The position numbers and the translations under genes were made by a program. A stretch of 36,036 bases of DNA from Candidatus Omnitrophota bacterium. Lineage in GTDB: Bacteria; Omnitrophota; Omnitrophia; Omnitrophales; Aquincolibacteriaceae. How positions within the stretch are numbered: position 1 is the stretch's first letter; each line of letters starts with the position of its first letter. The stretch lies in contig JAZDJU010000014.1 in assembly GCA_043803685.1 (NCBI GenBank), positions 1 through 36,036 on the forward strand. Direction: 5' to 3'. This document shows, in pieces, positions 27,283 through 36,036 of this stretch. The notes below the pieces were generated by a model. It saw nothing but the letters and a program-made list of their open reading frames with translations. It had not been told where the DNA came from and ran no database searches.

Positions 27283-27380
27283 ATCTTTTTACGATTTCTG
27301 ATCGTCGAGATCAGCATTTGCGCTTAATTGTCCTTTGCAATTTCAAAGAAGACTTTTGTGATTTTAGAGTTTTTTCTTTG

Positions 27381-27411
27381 GGCGTTGAAAAATGTCGACG
27401 CCTTTGTTTTG
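27381..27411 (+). terminator. probable intrinsic terminator closing the polysaccharide locus
   Basis: GGCGTTGA-aaaatg-TCGACGCC stem (8 bp, one G-U pair) followed by TTTGTTTTG. Confidence 0.55.
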
Positions 27412-27510
27412 ATATGTGCAAAGGCCGATTAAAATCGAATCAGGAGTTAATAAGAATCCCGCCTTGAAACGTTAGCGAAGATCGCGAATGCTTTATAAGT
27501 GGAGCAGCAC

Positions 27511-29427
27511 ATGAATAATATGTTTATTGCCGGGGCTTTCCGATATAACGACACAAACGCGCAGCCGACTTCACTAAGCTCCATAGTTATGTCAATGATG
27601 CCGGGGCTATCGTGCAGGAATAAGCAGTATCATTGCGCAGAGGATAGTTTGGTATGTTTTGCCTCCAATAATGAACCCCAAACTAATTCCGATTTGATCT
27701 TGATCTATTCCGGGCAATTTTTCAATGTTGAGGAATTGAAGGTCGGGCTTTCTCTCTCCGGCGATTCATCTCTCGAAGCGGTTTTGAAATCCGCGTATAA
27801 GAAATGGGGGCATGATTTTGCGACCCATATTGCAGGTGAATTTACAATAGCCCTTTACGATAAGATTAATAAAAAGTTGTTCTTGAGCCGTGACAGGGTA
27901 GGGCTAAAACCGTTGTATTACTTTTATGACAATAACGTTTTTATTTTCGCGTCGGACGTCAAGGCCTTGCTGAAGGCGAAAAATGAAAGGCATATAAATT
28001 TCAGCGCCTTCCATAGCGGGATTGTTTTTGGTTCGGTGTATTCACGGGAACATTTGATCGAGGGTATTTATGAATTGCGGGCAGGACATAATTTAATCAT
28101 GGATTATCAGTCCATAGCACCGGAGGTCCGTAAGTATTGGGATAGGGTATTTAATATTACGGCTCAGCCTTTCTCCGTTTATAAAGAAAAAGTCGAATTT
28201 TTGCTTAATGAAGCAGTCAAAAAAAGGCTTCCGCCGACTAATGAAAAAGCCGGCGTTTGTTTTTCAGGTGGGATCGATTCAACGTTGGTCCTGGCGTTGG
28301 TGAAAAAGTTTCATTCTGGGTCCGTTGAAGCTTATACCGCTATTGCTGCGGGCGATAAATTAAGCGAACACAAGGATGCCCGACTCGTGGCAAGAAAATT
28401 TAACATAAATCACAAGGAAATATTTATTAGCGCCCTGGAGGCTATTCAAGCCCTCCCCAAGATTATCTGGCATTTAGGCGAATTTAGTAGCCACGAGTGG
28501 TTGAGTGTCGCTTTGCAAACTTATTTTGTGGGCAAGCTGGCGAAAGAGAATGGCTGTGGATGTGTTTTTACCGGTAATGGTGTTGAACACAATTTCGACG
28601 GTAACGGCCCGCAAAGGAACATATATAAGTACTATCGTAATTCGGGGAAAATACCAACGTTTATCCTCAAAAAGCTTTTCACTATCGCGCCTTCCGGCCT
28701 GCAGGACTTTTTGAGAAGAAATTGTTCATATACGCTTACTAGGGAAGAGATGGATAACATCGCGATAGCCTATGTTAGGTTTAATTCTCCGCCATGGTGG
28801 GATAATGAAGAGCGCCTAAAAGATTCATACAGTGAAGAATTTTTCAGGTCGATCGGAAATTATAATGCTTCCGATATAATATCCGATTATTTACAGGACT
28901 GCACAGCGAAGGATTATTTTAACAAATTGCTCTACATTGATTTTAAGACGTGGAATTCGCGGAGGAATCTGGTGACTAATGAGCGATTGTTCGGCGCTTT
29001 CGGTCTACAGCTGCAGATTCCGTTTCTCGATGTTGATTTGGTGGAATTTTCCAGCAGTATGCCTGTTTCGGTAAAGCACAATTTTAAAGACGCTAAATTT
29101 TTTATAAGAAAGATATATAAAAATCAGGGGGTGTTTCCTGAAGAAGTTTTCAAAAAAGGAAAATTCCCATCCCTGCTGCACTTCAACTTTTGGGGAAAAG
29201 ATACCCTGGATGTAATTTTATACTTTGTTAGTCGGATTAAGCAGAGGAAGATTTTTAAAGAGGGTTTCATTGATGGGATGATATTGGGTTCTAAAAAAGG
29301 CAACAGAATAAATAAACACAGACATCTAATTCTCAATCTTTTTCAAATCGAGTTATGGTTTAGGATATTCATTGACAACCCTGGCATCCAGGAAAAGGAC
29401 CTGACTTTGGACTATCTGGGCCGTTAG
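27511..29427 (+). CDS. asparagine synthetase B-like ATP-dependent amide ligase with degenerate glutaminase domain
   Basis: GEFTIALYD, SRDRVGLKPLYY, FASDVKAL, PP-loop FSGGIDS, PFLDVDLVEF and FQIELWFRIF motifs; no N-terminal Cys; GGAG RBS before the ATG at 27511. Confidence 0.85.
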   Translation: MNNMFIAGAFRYNDTNAQPTSLSSIVMSMMPGLSCRNKQYHCAEDSLVCFASNNEPQTNSDLILIYSGQFFNVEELKVGLSLSGDSSLEAVLKSAYKKWGHDFATHIAGEFTIALYDKINKKLFLSRDRVGLKPLYYFYDNNVFIFASDVKALLKAKNERHINFSAFHSGIVFGSVYSREHLIEGIYELRAGHNLIMDYQSIAPEVRKYWDRVFNITAQPFSVYKEKVEFLLNEAVKKRLPPTNEKAGVCFSGGIDSTLVLALVKKFHSGSVEAYTAIAAGDKLSEHKDARLVARKFNINHKEIFISALEAIQALPKIIWHLGEFSSHEWLSVALQTYFVGKLAKENGCGCVFTGNGVEHNFDGNGPQRNIYKYYRNSGKIPTFILKKLFTIAPSGLQDFLRRNCSYTLTREEMDNIAIAYVRFNSPPWWDNEERLKDSYSEEFFRSIGNYNASDIISDYLQDCTAKDYFNKLLYIDFKTWNSRRNLVTNERLFGAFGLQLQIPFLDVDLVEFSSSMPVSVKHNFKDAKFFIRKIYKNQGVFPEEVFKKGKFPSLLHFNFWGKDTLDVILYFVSRIKQRKIFKEGFIDGMILGSKKGNRINKHRHLILNLFQIELWFRIFIDNPGIQEKDLTLDYLGR

Positions 29428-29529
29428 TTTGGCTAATGCGCGTCGAAAATTTATCTTAATCTGTTGTTAACTTGGCCGCAGAACAATTATATGCTGCGCT
29501 CGGTAATCCACATCTTAGGGGAGGACAAA

Positions 29530-30993
29530 ATGCAGATATTTTCTCAATCGCAGGGGGTTGTCCTGCTATTGGTTTACGGCGTTATTATGGTTATGTTTAC
29601 CTGGGTAGCGCAAAGAAAAGAATTGGTCTCAGGAGAACTATACCTTGTAGCGAATAGAAATATATCGATCCTTTTTAACGCTTTTTCTATCGCGGCTTCC
29701 TGGATTTGGGCGCCAGCTTTGCTCGTGTCTTCGCAGATGGCCTATACCAAAGGAATATCGGGTTATTTTTGGTTTTGCGTCCCTAATATTATAGCAGTTG
29801 CGGTATTTTCAGTGGGCGCGCTTCGGCTAAGAAAGTTATTGCCTAGCGGGTATACCTTGCCGGAATTGATACGGATCAGGTTTGACCAGAGAACCCACCT
29901 GGTCTATACGCTTCTATTTTTAGCTTTGCAAATATGCACGGCCGCGGTGCAGATTGTCGGAGGTACTGCTGTCATCCACCTGTTAACCGGCCTGCCATCT
30001 TTGCCTATTGCGGTGCTATTGGCAATTTTCCCTTTACTTTATACTATGAGAACGGGTTTGAAGGCATCAATCATTACGGATGTTTTTCAAATGATGATGG
30101 TTCTCGCGGGGATTTTAATCGTGCCCTGGGCTATCAAGGCCGCGGGAGGTTGGCATGTCGTTACGGACTCATTGGCGGGGGTGAGTGGGAAATACGGCAA
30201 TATTTTTAATTGGGAAGTTATGTATACTTTCGGTATTATCACGACCGTTGGTTTACTTTCCGGGCTTTTTGGTGACCAAAAATTCTGGCAGAGGTCTTTC
30301 TCCTGCCGTAGCGAAGAGGTGGTAAAAAGTTATTTGTTGGCCGCGTTCTTTTTTGCGCTTTGTCCTCTCACGCTCGGATTATTGGGGTTTATTGCCGCTA
30401 ACCCTAGTTTTCAGGGCTGGATTATTCCAAAACCGGAGTTGGCTGGAATAGTTGCCGTGCAACAGCTTCTTCCTTCATGGGCATTGCTTGCTTTTCTTGT
30501 CCTTTTAATCTCTTGTCTTATGTCGTCGTTCGACGCAGCGCTTTGCGCCGCTAGTTCGCTAGCCTCTGTCGATATTTACCGTCGTTATATCAACCCTTCC
30601 GCTACCAGCAAGGAGGCGGTGAGAATTTCAAGGATTACTTTGTTGATAGTTACTTGTTTTGCCATAGCAATTTCACTTATACCGGGTCTTCAGGTACTGC
30701 ATCTTTTTCTTTTTTATGGTACTTTGCGCGTAGGTACGTTCATCCCCACACTTCTTGCCCTTTTTTGGAAAAAAACAAACGGGACCGGGGTGTTTTGGGG
30801 TGTTTTAATCGCGATCATGATCGGGATGCCGTTGTTTGCTTACGGAAGCATAAAAAATGATCCTCTTATAAAGATCATTGCTTTTTCTTGGGTTCTCTTG
30901 TCTTCATCCGGAGTTTCTATCTTGGTATCGCTGCTAAAACCTGATAATTTTGATTTTGCCAAGGTGCCGTCAAAATCAAAGATTATTTGCTAA
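29530..30993 (+). CDS. sodium:solute symporter (SSS family, DUR3-like urea/amine transporter branch)
   Basis: About 13 TM helices; YLVANR, SIAASWIWAPAL, TLPELIRIRF, GLKASIITD, DQKFWQR and SSLASVDIY motifs; GGGAGG RBS. Confidence 0.88.
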   Translation: MQIFSQSQGVVLLLVYGVIMVMFTWVAQRKELVSGELYLVANRNISILFNAFSIAASWIWAPALLVSSQMAYTKGISGYFWFCVPNIIAVAVFSVGALRLRKLLPSGYTLPELIRIRFDQRTHLVYTLLFLALQICTAAVQIVGGTAVIHLLTGLPSLPIAVLLAIFPLLYTMRTGLKASIITDVFQMMMVLAGILIVPWAIKAAGGWHVVTDSLAGVSGKYGNIFNWEVMYTFGIITTVGLLSGLFGDQKFWQRSFSCRSEEVVKSYLLAAFFFALCPLTLGLLGFIAANPSFQGWIIPKPELAGIVAVQQLLPSWALLAFLVLLISCLMSSFDAALCAASSLASVDIYRRYINPSATSKEAVRISRITLLIVTCFAIAISLIPGLQVLHLFLFYGTLRVGTFIPTLLALFWKKTNGTGVFWGVLIAIMIGMPLFAYGSIKNDPLIKIIAFSWVLLSSSGVSILVSLLKPDNFDFAKVPSKSKIIC

Positions 30994-31259
30994 TGGTTTT
31001 GAGTGCATTTCGATCATGAGGGGGCATGATCATGGTATTATGCCATTCACGGATGGCTGTCGACGGGCAGTAAGAACGAAGTTGTCTGTAAACCGTTTTT
31101 TTCGGTGATCTTTGTAAGAATTTTTTTAACGTTAGTTTATTAGCGCCACCCATTAGTCAACTCGCGAATCGAAATTTGTTTGACTGGGGTTTTGGGATTG
31201 CTATATGTTCAAAACATCGTTGCACCTAGCCGCGCCTCACAAAAAAATGGAGGGTTCTC

Positions 31260-32183
31260 ATGCATATTTCTAGTTCAATGTTAGCCGGACCTATTTGCCC
31301 TGTTACAGTCGCTGTGAGCGCTTTAGGTATTTGCGGAGCCGTTTTTGCCGCAAGAAAAATGAAGGATAAACCGACTGCGGTCCGTTTCGGAGCGGTTACC
31401 GCCTTCATTTTCGCAAGTCAGATGATGAACTTTCCCGTTCAGAGTGGAACCTCTGGGCATCTTCTTGGCGGCGTTCTTGCCGCTGCTTTGATGGGGACCC
31501 CGTTAGGTGTTTTGTCCATCTCGATTGTCCTGTTTATTCAGTGTCTAGCATTTTCCGACGGGGGACTTTCGGTTTTGGGCGCTAACATTCTGAATATGGC
31601 GGTGATTGGAACGGGAGTGGGTGGGCTTATTTACAAATATTTGACCAAAGCAACAGCAGGGCATTCGATCGCCCGCTTGGTTTCCCTGGGGTTCGCGGCG
31701 TGGTTATCTGTGTTGATGGCAGCACTCGCTTGCAGTATTGAATTGGCAATTACAGGGACGATGCCTTTCTCGAGGGGGTCGGGTGCCATGATCAGCGTCC
31801 ATGCCTTGATCGGAGTCCCGGAAGGGATCATTAGTGTGGCAGCGTATTATCTTCTTTCTGCTCAACCAGTAAAGGTTTCTCCAAAATGGGCCATTGGTGC
31901 ACCCCTTTTAGGTTCCGTCGTGATCGGGGCTATGCTAAGTCCCTTTGCCGCTGGTTTCCCAGATGGTTTGGATTGGGTCGCGCAGAAATATCAATTTTTT
32001 CACGAATCAGCGCCCGCTTTTGTCAGTCCCATGCCTGATTACACGGTTCCTTTCATCCATCAGCCATTGATTTCCACCGGATTGGCCGGATTATGCGGCG
32101 TTCTCATGACTTTTCTTTTCGGTTGGGCCGTCGCAAAATTCTTCAGCCGAAAAACAGCCCCTTTCCTGAGCGACGGGGCTTAA
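31260..32183 (+). CDS. cbiM: ECF transporter S component, CbiM/NikM family fused to a PDGLE domain (Co/Ni uptake)
   Basis: MH N-terminus; AFIFASQMMNFPV..GTSGHLLGG, QCLAFSDGG..LGANILNM, HALIG and C-terminal PDGLDWV..PMPDY motifs. Confidence 0.88.
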   Translation: MHISSSMLAGPICPVTVAVSALGICGAVFAARKMKDKPTAVRFGAVTAFIFASQMMNFPVQSGTSGHLLGGVLAAALMGTPLGVLSISIVLFIQCLAFSDGGLSVLGANILNMAVIGTGVGGLIYKYLTKATAGHSIARLVSLGFAAWLSVLMAALACSIELAITGTMPFSRGSGAMISVHALIGVPEGIISVAAYYLLSAQPVKVSPKWAIGAPLLGSVVIGAMLSPFAAGFPDGLDWVAQKYQFFHESAPAFVSPMPDYTVPFIHQPLISTGLAGLCGVLMTFLFGWAVAKFFSRKTAPFLSDGA

Positions 32184-32599
32184 GTTCCTTACATTGTGAT
32201 CCCCGTCGGACTCGGAGCTTGTGTTTTTTCTTGTAGCCCATCCTGAGAAAACAGTCGCGGGTATATCCTATTTTCGTTTGCGGTGATCTCGGACGGAAGT
32301 CGCGCCTGGTGCATGCTTGCCCGTGGTTCCTTTTGCCCGAATCCCATTGGTCCTGTCGCCTGGGGCGACATTACCCAACGAACTTCTTTTTTCGACGAAA
32401 GATGATCCCGCTTCATTTTCGAAGCTCCGCCAATATTTTCCTTCCAAGACTGATCAAACACGGAAGTCTAATAATGCCTGGTAGCATTACGGGGTAAGCT
32501 CAGGGGAATTTTACTCATCAAGTAATTCTCTGTTCATGTCGATGTTTTTCTTGTTGGCAGGATTATTTTCGACATTATCAAACTAATATAGTTGACCAC

Positions 32600-32628
32600 T
32601 TGAAAATAAGAGATTGTTAGTGTAGACT
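32600..32628 (+). promoter_or_regulatory. candidate sigma70 promoter upstream of the PilZ-Cache-MCP genes
   Basis: TTGAAA-N17-TAGACT in an AT-rich intergenic stretch, with the short dyad TTAGT-N4-ACTAA over the -10 box. Confidence 0.4.
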
Positions 32629-32818
32629 AATGCTATGATTTGCATCTCAGTGATATGCGTTGCATAGGATCAACAGTACGAAATCGCTGGCTTGTCTATG
32701 GTGTGTCAGATTTATGGAATTTTCGAAGCTATCCTGGTTTGATTTTTCAGGGAACGACTCTTGTATTGGCTCCTATTTCTGGCAATATTCGATGACGTAG
32801 AAACAGAGGGGGAGATGA

Positions 32819-33232
32819 GTGGATAAGCCCATAATTGAAAATAGACGTTACGTGCGAATCAAACAGAATGCCATTTTGACTTGCGAGAAATATGTTTTTC
32901 CTCCGGGGACTGACGCGAGGCGTCAAGCCTCTGCTAAAAATTTATCACCAGGAGGATTGCTTTTTGAATCTTCAAACGTCTATGCCATTGGCGACACCTT
33001 AAGGATCGGACTGTCCCTTCCAGGTTGGGAAAAATGCAAAGCGGAATTTTATAAGGGAGGGGATTCGTATTCAAAGCCGCTATGCGCGCTTGTCAACGTT
33101 GTCAGAATCGAAGCTTTGGAAAATGGACATTTTGACATCGGCGCGAGATTTTGCGCGGTGGATTTTGGAGACCAGATGGCCCTTGAAAAGCATTTGAAAG
33201 AAATCGAAAAAAATCAGAAGAGCATATCCTGA
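32819..33232 (+). CDS. stand-alone PilZ-domain protein (c-di-GMP receptor)
   Basis: RxxxR (ENRRYVR) and (D/N)xSxxG (NLSPGG) motifs, VVRIE..FDIGARF; GAGGGGG RBS before a GTG start. Confidence 0.88.
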   Translation: MDKPIIENRRYVRIKQNAILTCEKYVFPPGTDARRQASAKNLSPGGLLFESSNVYAIGDTLRIGLSLPGWEKCKAEFYKGGDSYSKPLCALVNVVRIEALENGHFDIGARFCAVDFGDQMALEKHLKEIEKNQKSIS

Positions 33233-33411
33233 TCAATGTAGTTTTTTTGCGAAATCAGTTCATGGCTACGGGGTTCACTGGCGAATGGCTGTGTTGAGTG
33301 GTTGGATGGTTGAACGCCATTGTGAAATAGGAGTTTTTTGTGGAACAATGTCTTTACCGATGCAGCAGTGGGCTGTTTCGGCGGGGACTCAATTAGGAAA
33401 GGGGTAAGTGT

Positions 33412-33933
33412 ATGAAGAGATTAGCATTGCTGTTGGCATTGGTGTTGGGCGTTGCGTTCTCGGGGACTGCTTTTGCCGAGGCTTTGACGGCTCAGATGTG
33501 CAAGGACAAGGCGATCGCTGCAGGGAAGCTCATCGAAGCGGAAGGTCCCGCGGCTCTCGTTAAGTTAAAAGATCCCGCCGGTGAATTTAGTTTTGGGGAT
33601 GGAGCGGGGTATGTTTGGGTTCATGATTCGGACAATATTATGGTCATGCATCCCAAGAAACCCGATTTGGATGGAAAGCCGGTTGCAGATATGCGCGATG
33701 TCAATGGGAAGAACTTTTTTGTCAATATGACAGAAATTGCCACGGAAAAAGGGGCCGGTTGGGTTGACTATGCATGGCCGAAGCCAGGCAAGCAGGAAAG
33801 TTCTCCAAAGGTATCGTATGTCGTCCAGGCCGTTAATGGTGGGAAAACATACATCGCCGGTGTTGGCATCTATGATGTCACGAAAGCCGATATCAAGGCT
33901 CAGTTTCCTAACGATCCCATAGATGAAGAATAA
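33412..33933 (+). CDS. secreted stand-alone single Cache (sCache_2) ligand-binding protein
   Basis: Signal peptide ending AFA-E; YVWV..MVMHP, DVNGK, GAGWVDYAWPKPG and PKVSYV motifs. Confidence 0.88.
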   Translation: MKRLALLLALVLGVAFSGTAFAEALTAQMCKDKAIAAGKLIEAEGPAALVKLKDPAGEFSFGDGAGYVWVHDSDNIMVMHPKKPDLDGKPVADMRDVNGKNFFVNMTEIATEKGAGWVDYAWPKPGKQESSPKVSYVVQAVNGGKTYIAGVGIYDVTKADIKAQFPNDPIDEE

Positions 33934-33947
33934 TTGATCCACATAAG

Positions 33948-33985
33948 GCGCGGGGTCTTAAAAAAGACCCCGCGCGCAATTTTTC
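33948..33985 (+). terminator. strong hairpin between the Cache and MCP genes (terminator or mRNA-stabilising element)
   Basis: Perfect 12-bp stem GCGCGGGGTCTT-aaaa-AAGACCCCGCGC, followed by an offset T-run (gcaatttttc). Confidence 0.6.
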
Positions 33986-33998
33986 CTAAGGAGGGGAC

Positions 33999-36036
33999 AT
34001 GAAAATGACATTAAAGGTCAAATTGATCGGCGCATTTCTCGTTGTCGCGGCACTCGTTCTTGTGGCAGGCGGTATCGGCCTGACGATGACGAAGATTGTC
34101 GGCGGCGCTGGGGATGTGGTGGCCAAGAAGATGTCTCCTGTCCAGACGGCTGTTTTACGCGGGGCAATGACTTTGGCGGAATTGCGCGTGACGCTTGACA
34201 AATACATGCAAGAGATCAATGACCTTGCTGCACTCAATTCTGCATTAGATACGAATCTGTTGGATTATGCCATGTGGATGAAGATGCCAATTTTTGGAAC
34301 TGACTCGTCCAAATTTAAGGACAGTGAAGAAGGGAAAAACTATATAAAACAGGGTATTGCTCTTGTCGTACCTAAAGCATCACCCAAGATCATCGATCTT
34401 GCCCAAAAGCAGGAATCCTATTTTAAGGATCTTCAGATCAGTGTTGATAAAGCTAAGGGGGTTCAGAAGGCTTATGTAAGCGATATGGTGGTGCGCATTG
34501 ATGGACGGGCGATGGAAATGGTGGATTTTATTTCCAAAGTGAAGTTGGACTTTATTGATTGGAATGACGCTCTTGAAGATGCTGGGCAGATCGGAACCAA
34601 GTTTACAGGGACGACGGATCCGAAAGTGACCTTGTTGGGTAAATGGCTATATACCGCTACGACCAGTGATGCGAGTTTGCAGAAGATCATTGATGGTTTG
34701 AAGAAGTATTACGAGAAATATATCCATACGTCAATCGAGATCAACGGGGCTCAAACCGCCGATGAAAAGCTGGCTATTTATAACAAATCCAAGACGTCAA
34801 AGATCAAGATTGAGAACAATCTAGCCAAGCTCGAGGTTTATGGAAAAGAAATGAACGAGAAGGCTCAAGCCGCCAGGCAGGAGATCAGAGGGAAGGTTCA
34901 GTCCCTTGGGCTTGAGCTTGGCAGGTTATCCAATGAGCTTGTCAAGACTGTGGAGGGAGAGATGTCGAGCGCTATAGCCGGTGCAGGAAAAGCACAGGTG
35001 ACAGCCGTAATGGTACTCCCGACCATCACAGTTCTGGCGTTTATTATCGCGCTTATGATGGGTGTTTTTCTTTCCATATCGATTACGAAGCCTGTGGCCG
35101 CAAGCGTTCATGTGATGGGTTACATGGCTGAAGGGGATCTTACGAATCGGCTTAAAATGAATCGTACGGATGAATTGGGGGTCATGGCTAAGGCCATGGA
35201 TGCCTTTTCCGATAAGTTGTCTGGAATCGTTGGGCAGATTCGGTCTTCAACCGATCAAATGTTATCCGTATCTAAGGAGGTTGCTTCCGGAGCTCAGCAG
35301 ATCGCTGATGGCGCGCAACAGCAGTCGGCATCGTTTGAAGAGCTGTCCAGTACTGTCCAGTCCAATGCCGAGAACGTGAAGAATGCTAATCGCATTTCTC
35401 AAGGCATGTCCCAGGACGCTCAGAAGGCGGGTCAGGCAATGGAAAATACGGCGGATGCTATTAGCGGCATTGAAAAAGGATCCAAACAGATGGCTGAAGC
35501 CGTTTCGCTTATTACCGATATCGCTGATCAGACAAACCTTCTCGCGTTAAATGCTGCGATCGAAGCGGCCCGTGCGGGTGAGCACGGTAAGGGTTTTGCC
35601 GTTGTTGCCGACGAAGTCCGCCAACTCGCAGAGAGAAGCGCAACATCTGCCAAGGAGATCCAGAATCTTATCAAGGAGAATCTCAGGCAGGTAGAGCATG
35701 GAGTGACGATATCGAAAGAGGCTGGGCAAATAGTTCGCGGCATTACCGACAGCATTAAAAAGGTCGCTGATCAACTGGAGTCGGTGGCCAATGCGACCCA
35801 GGAACAAGCCGCGGCCATGGAACAGAACACTTCCATTACGGAGTCGAATGCGTCCTCGGCCGAGCAGTTAGCCGCGTCTGCCGGGGTGATGTCATCGCAA
35901 GCAGAGATGTTGCAAAATTTGGTGGCACAGTTTAAGACGACAAACGAGAGTGTGACGCCAGCGGTCGGTAACCAGGCTTCAGTTACAGCTCATTCTAAGC
36001 CCGTGACGAGCATAAAGAAGACCGAGCGTCACGGTG
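33999..36036 (+). CDS. methyl-accepting chemotaxis protein (3' end truncated by the window edge; absent from the ORF track)
   Basis: Translated by hand from the ATG at 33999 (AAGGAGG RBS) with no stop to the window end. TM1, a large periplasmic domain, TM2, HAMP (ITKPV..GDLT..DELG) and the signalling tip [40 protein letters not shown]. Confidence 0.95.
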   Translation, partial: MKMTLKVKLIGAFLVVAALVLVAGGIGLTMTKIVGGAGDVVAKKMSPVQTAVLRGAMTLAELRVTLDKYMQEINDLAALNSALDTNLLDYAMWMKMPIFGTDSSKFKDSEEGKNYIKQGIALVVPKASPKIIDLAQKQESYFKDLQISVDKAKGVQKAYVSDMVVRIDGRAMEMVDFISKVKLDFIDWNDALEDAGQIGTKFTGTTDPKVTLLGKWLYTATTSDASLQKIIDGLKKYYEKYIHTSIEINGAQTADEKLAIYNKSKTSKIKIENNLAKLEVYGKEMNEKAQAARQEIRGKVQSLGLELGRLSNELVKTVEGEMSSAIAGAGKAQVTAVMVLPTITVLAFIIALMMGVFLSISITKPVAASVHVMGYMAEGDLTNRLKMNRTDELGVMAKAMDAFSDKLSGIVGQIRSSTDQMLSVSKEVASGAQQIADGAQQQSASFEELSSTVQSNAENVKNANRISQGMSQDAQKAGQAMENTADAISGIEKGSKQMAEAVSLITDIADQTNLLALNAAIEAARAGEHGKGFAVVADEVRQLAERSATSAKEIQNLIKENLRQVEHGVTISKEAGQIVRGITDSIKKVADQLESVANATQEQAAAMEQNTSITESNASSAEQLAASAGVMSSQAEMLQNLVAQFKTTNESVTPAVGNQASVTAHSKPVTSIKKTERHG

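Noticed and set aside
27184..29427. Lasso-peptide system: the tail has a YxxP motif (YTPPE) and an Asp 8-9 residues into a putative core, next to an AsnB-like cyclase-type gene
   Set aside because: No transglutaminase-like leader peptidase or RRE/PqqD gene is visible. The tails are on Sec-exported proteins while the ligase is cytoplasmic, a terminator separates them, and I found no short precursor ORF in 27283-27510.
30994..31259. Cobalamin or NiCo riboswitch upstream of cbiM
   Set aside because: Several small hairpins exist (e.g. GATCATG-N6-CATGATC at 31012-31031), but I could not find a B12 box or NiCo consensus. An Rfam scan would settle it.
32184..32818. Small ORFs 32189-32461 (-) and 32309-32497 (+) as genes or cbiQ/cbiO remnants
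   Set aside because: No recognisable motif, TM pattern or Walker box; treated as intergenic.

Overview
All real genes in this 36 kb bacterial window lie on the + strand. The protein style suggests a PVC-group or Omnitrophota-like organism, but that is only an impression. The window has four blocks. (1) 185-4843: housekeeping genes yicC-gmk-rpoZ-coaC-coaB, a glycine-zipper lipoprotein and pfkA, behind a consensus sigma70 promoter. (2) ~4970-27282: a large Wzx/Wzy polysaccharide or glycoprotein locus. It encodes an OPX protein with 4 tandem SLBB repeats, an outer-membrane beta-barrel, a Wzc kinase, an O-antigen-ligase-like protein, a phosphatase, epimerases, a flippase, a pyruvyltransferase, Wzy, three GT2 enzymes, an initiating transferase and a WbpM/PglF-like dehydratase. 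It ends in a PPIase / HAMP / HExxH peptidase / FecR-like module. (3) 27511-32183: an AsnB-like amide ligase with a degenerate glutaminase domain and a DUR3-like Na+/solute symporter (both AT-richer), then a solitary CbiM-type S component. (4) 32819-end: PilZ, a stand-alone sCache_2 protein and a chemoreceptor that runs off the window and is missing from the ORF track. The most striking observation is that two otherwise dissimilar secreted proteins 20 kb apart share a 32-aa C-terminal tail (26/32 identical, ending VQSEETSRDISPVQS-stop) encoded with mostly different synonymous codons. This suggests a C-terminal sorting or glycosylation signal tied to the polysaccharide export machinery. The neighbouring ligase-like protein also appears internally permuted. 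All family assignments come from motif recognition by eye; no database searches were run.
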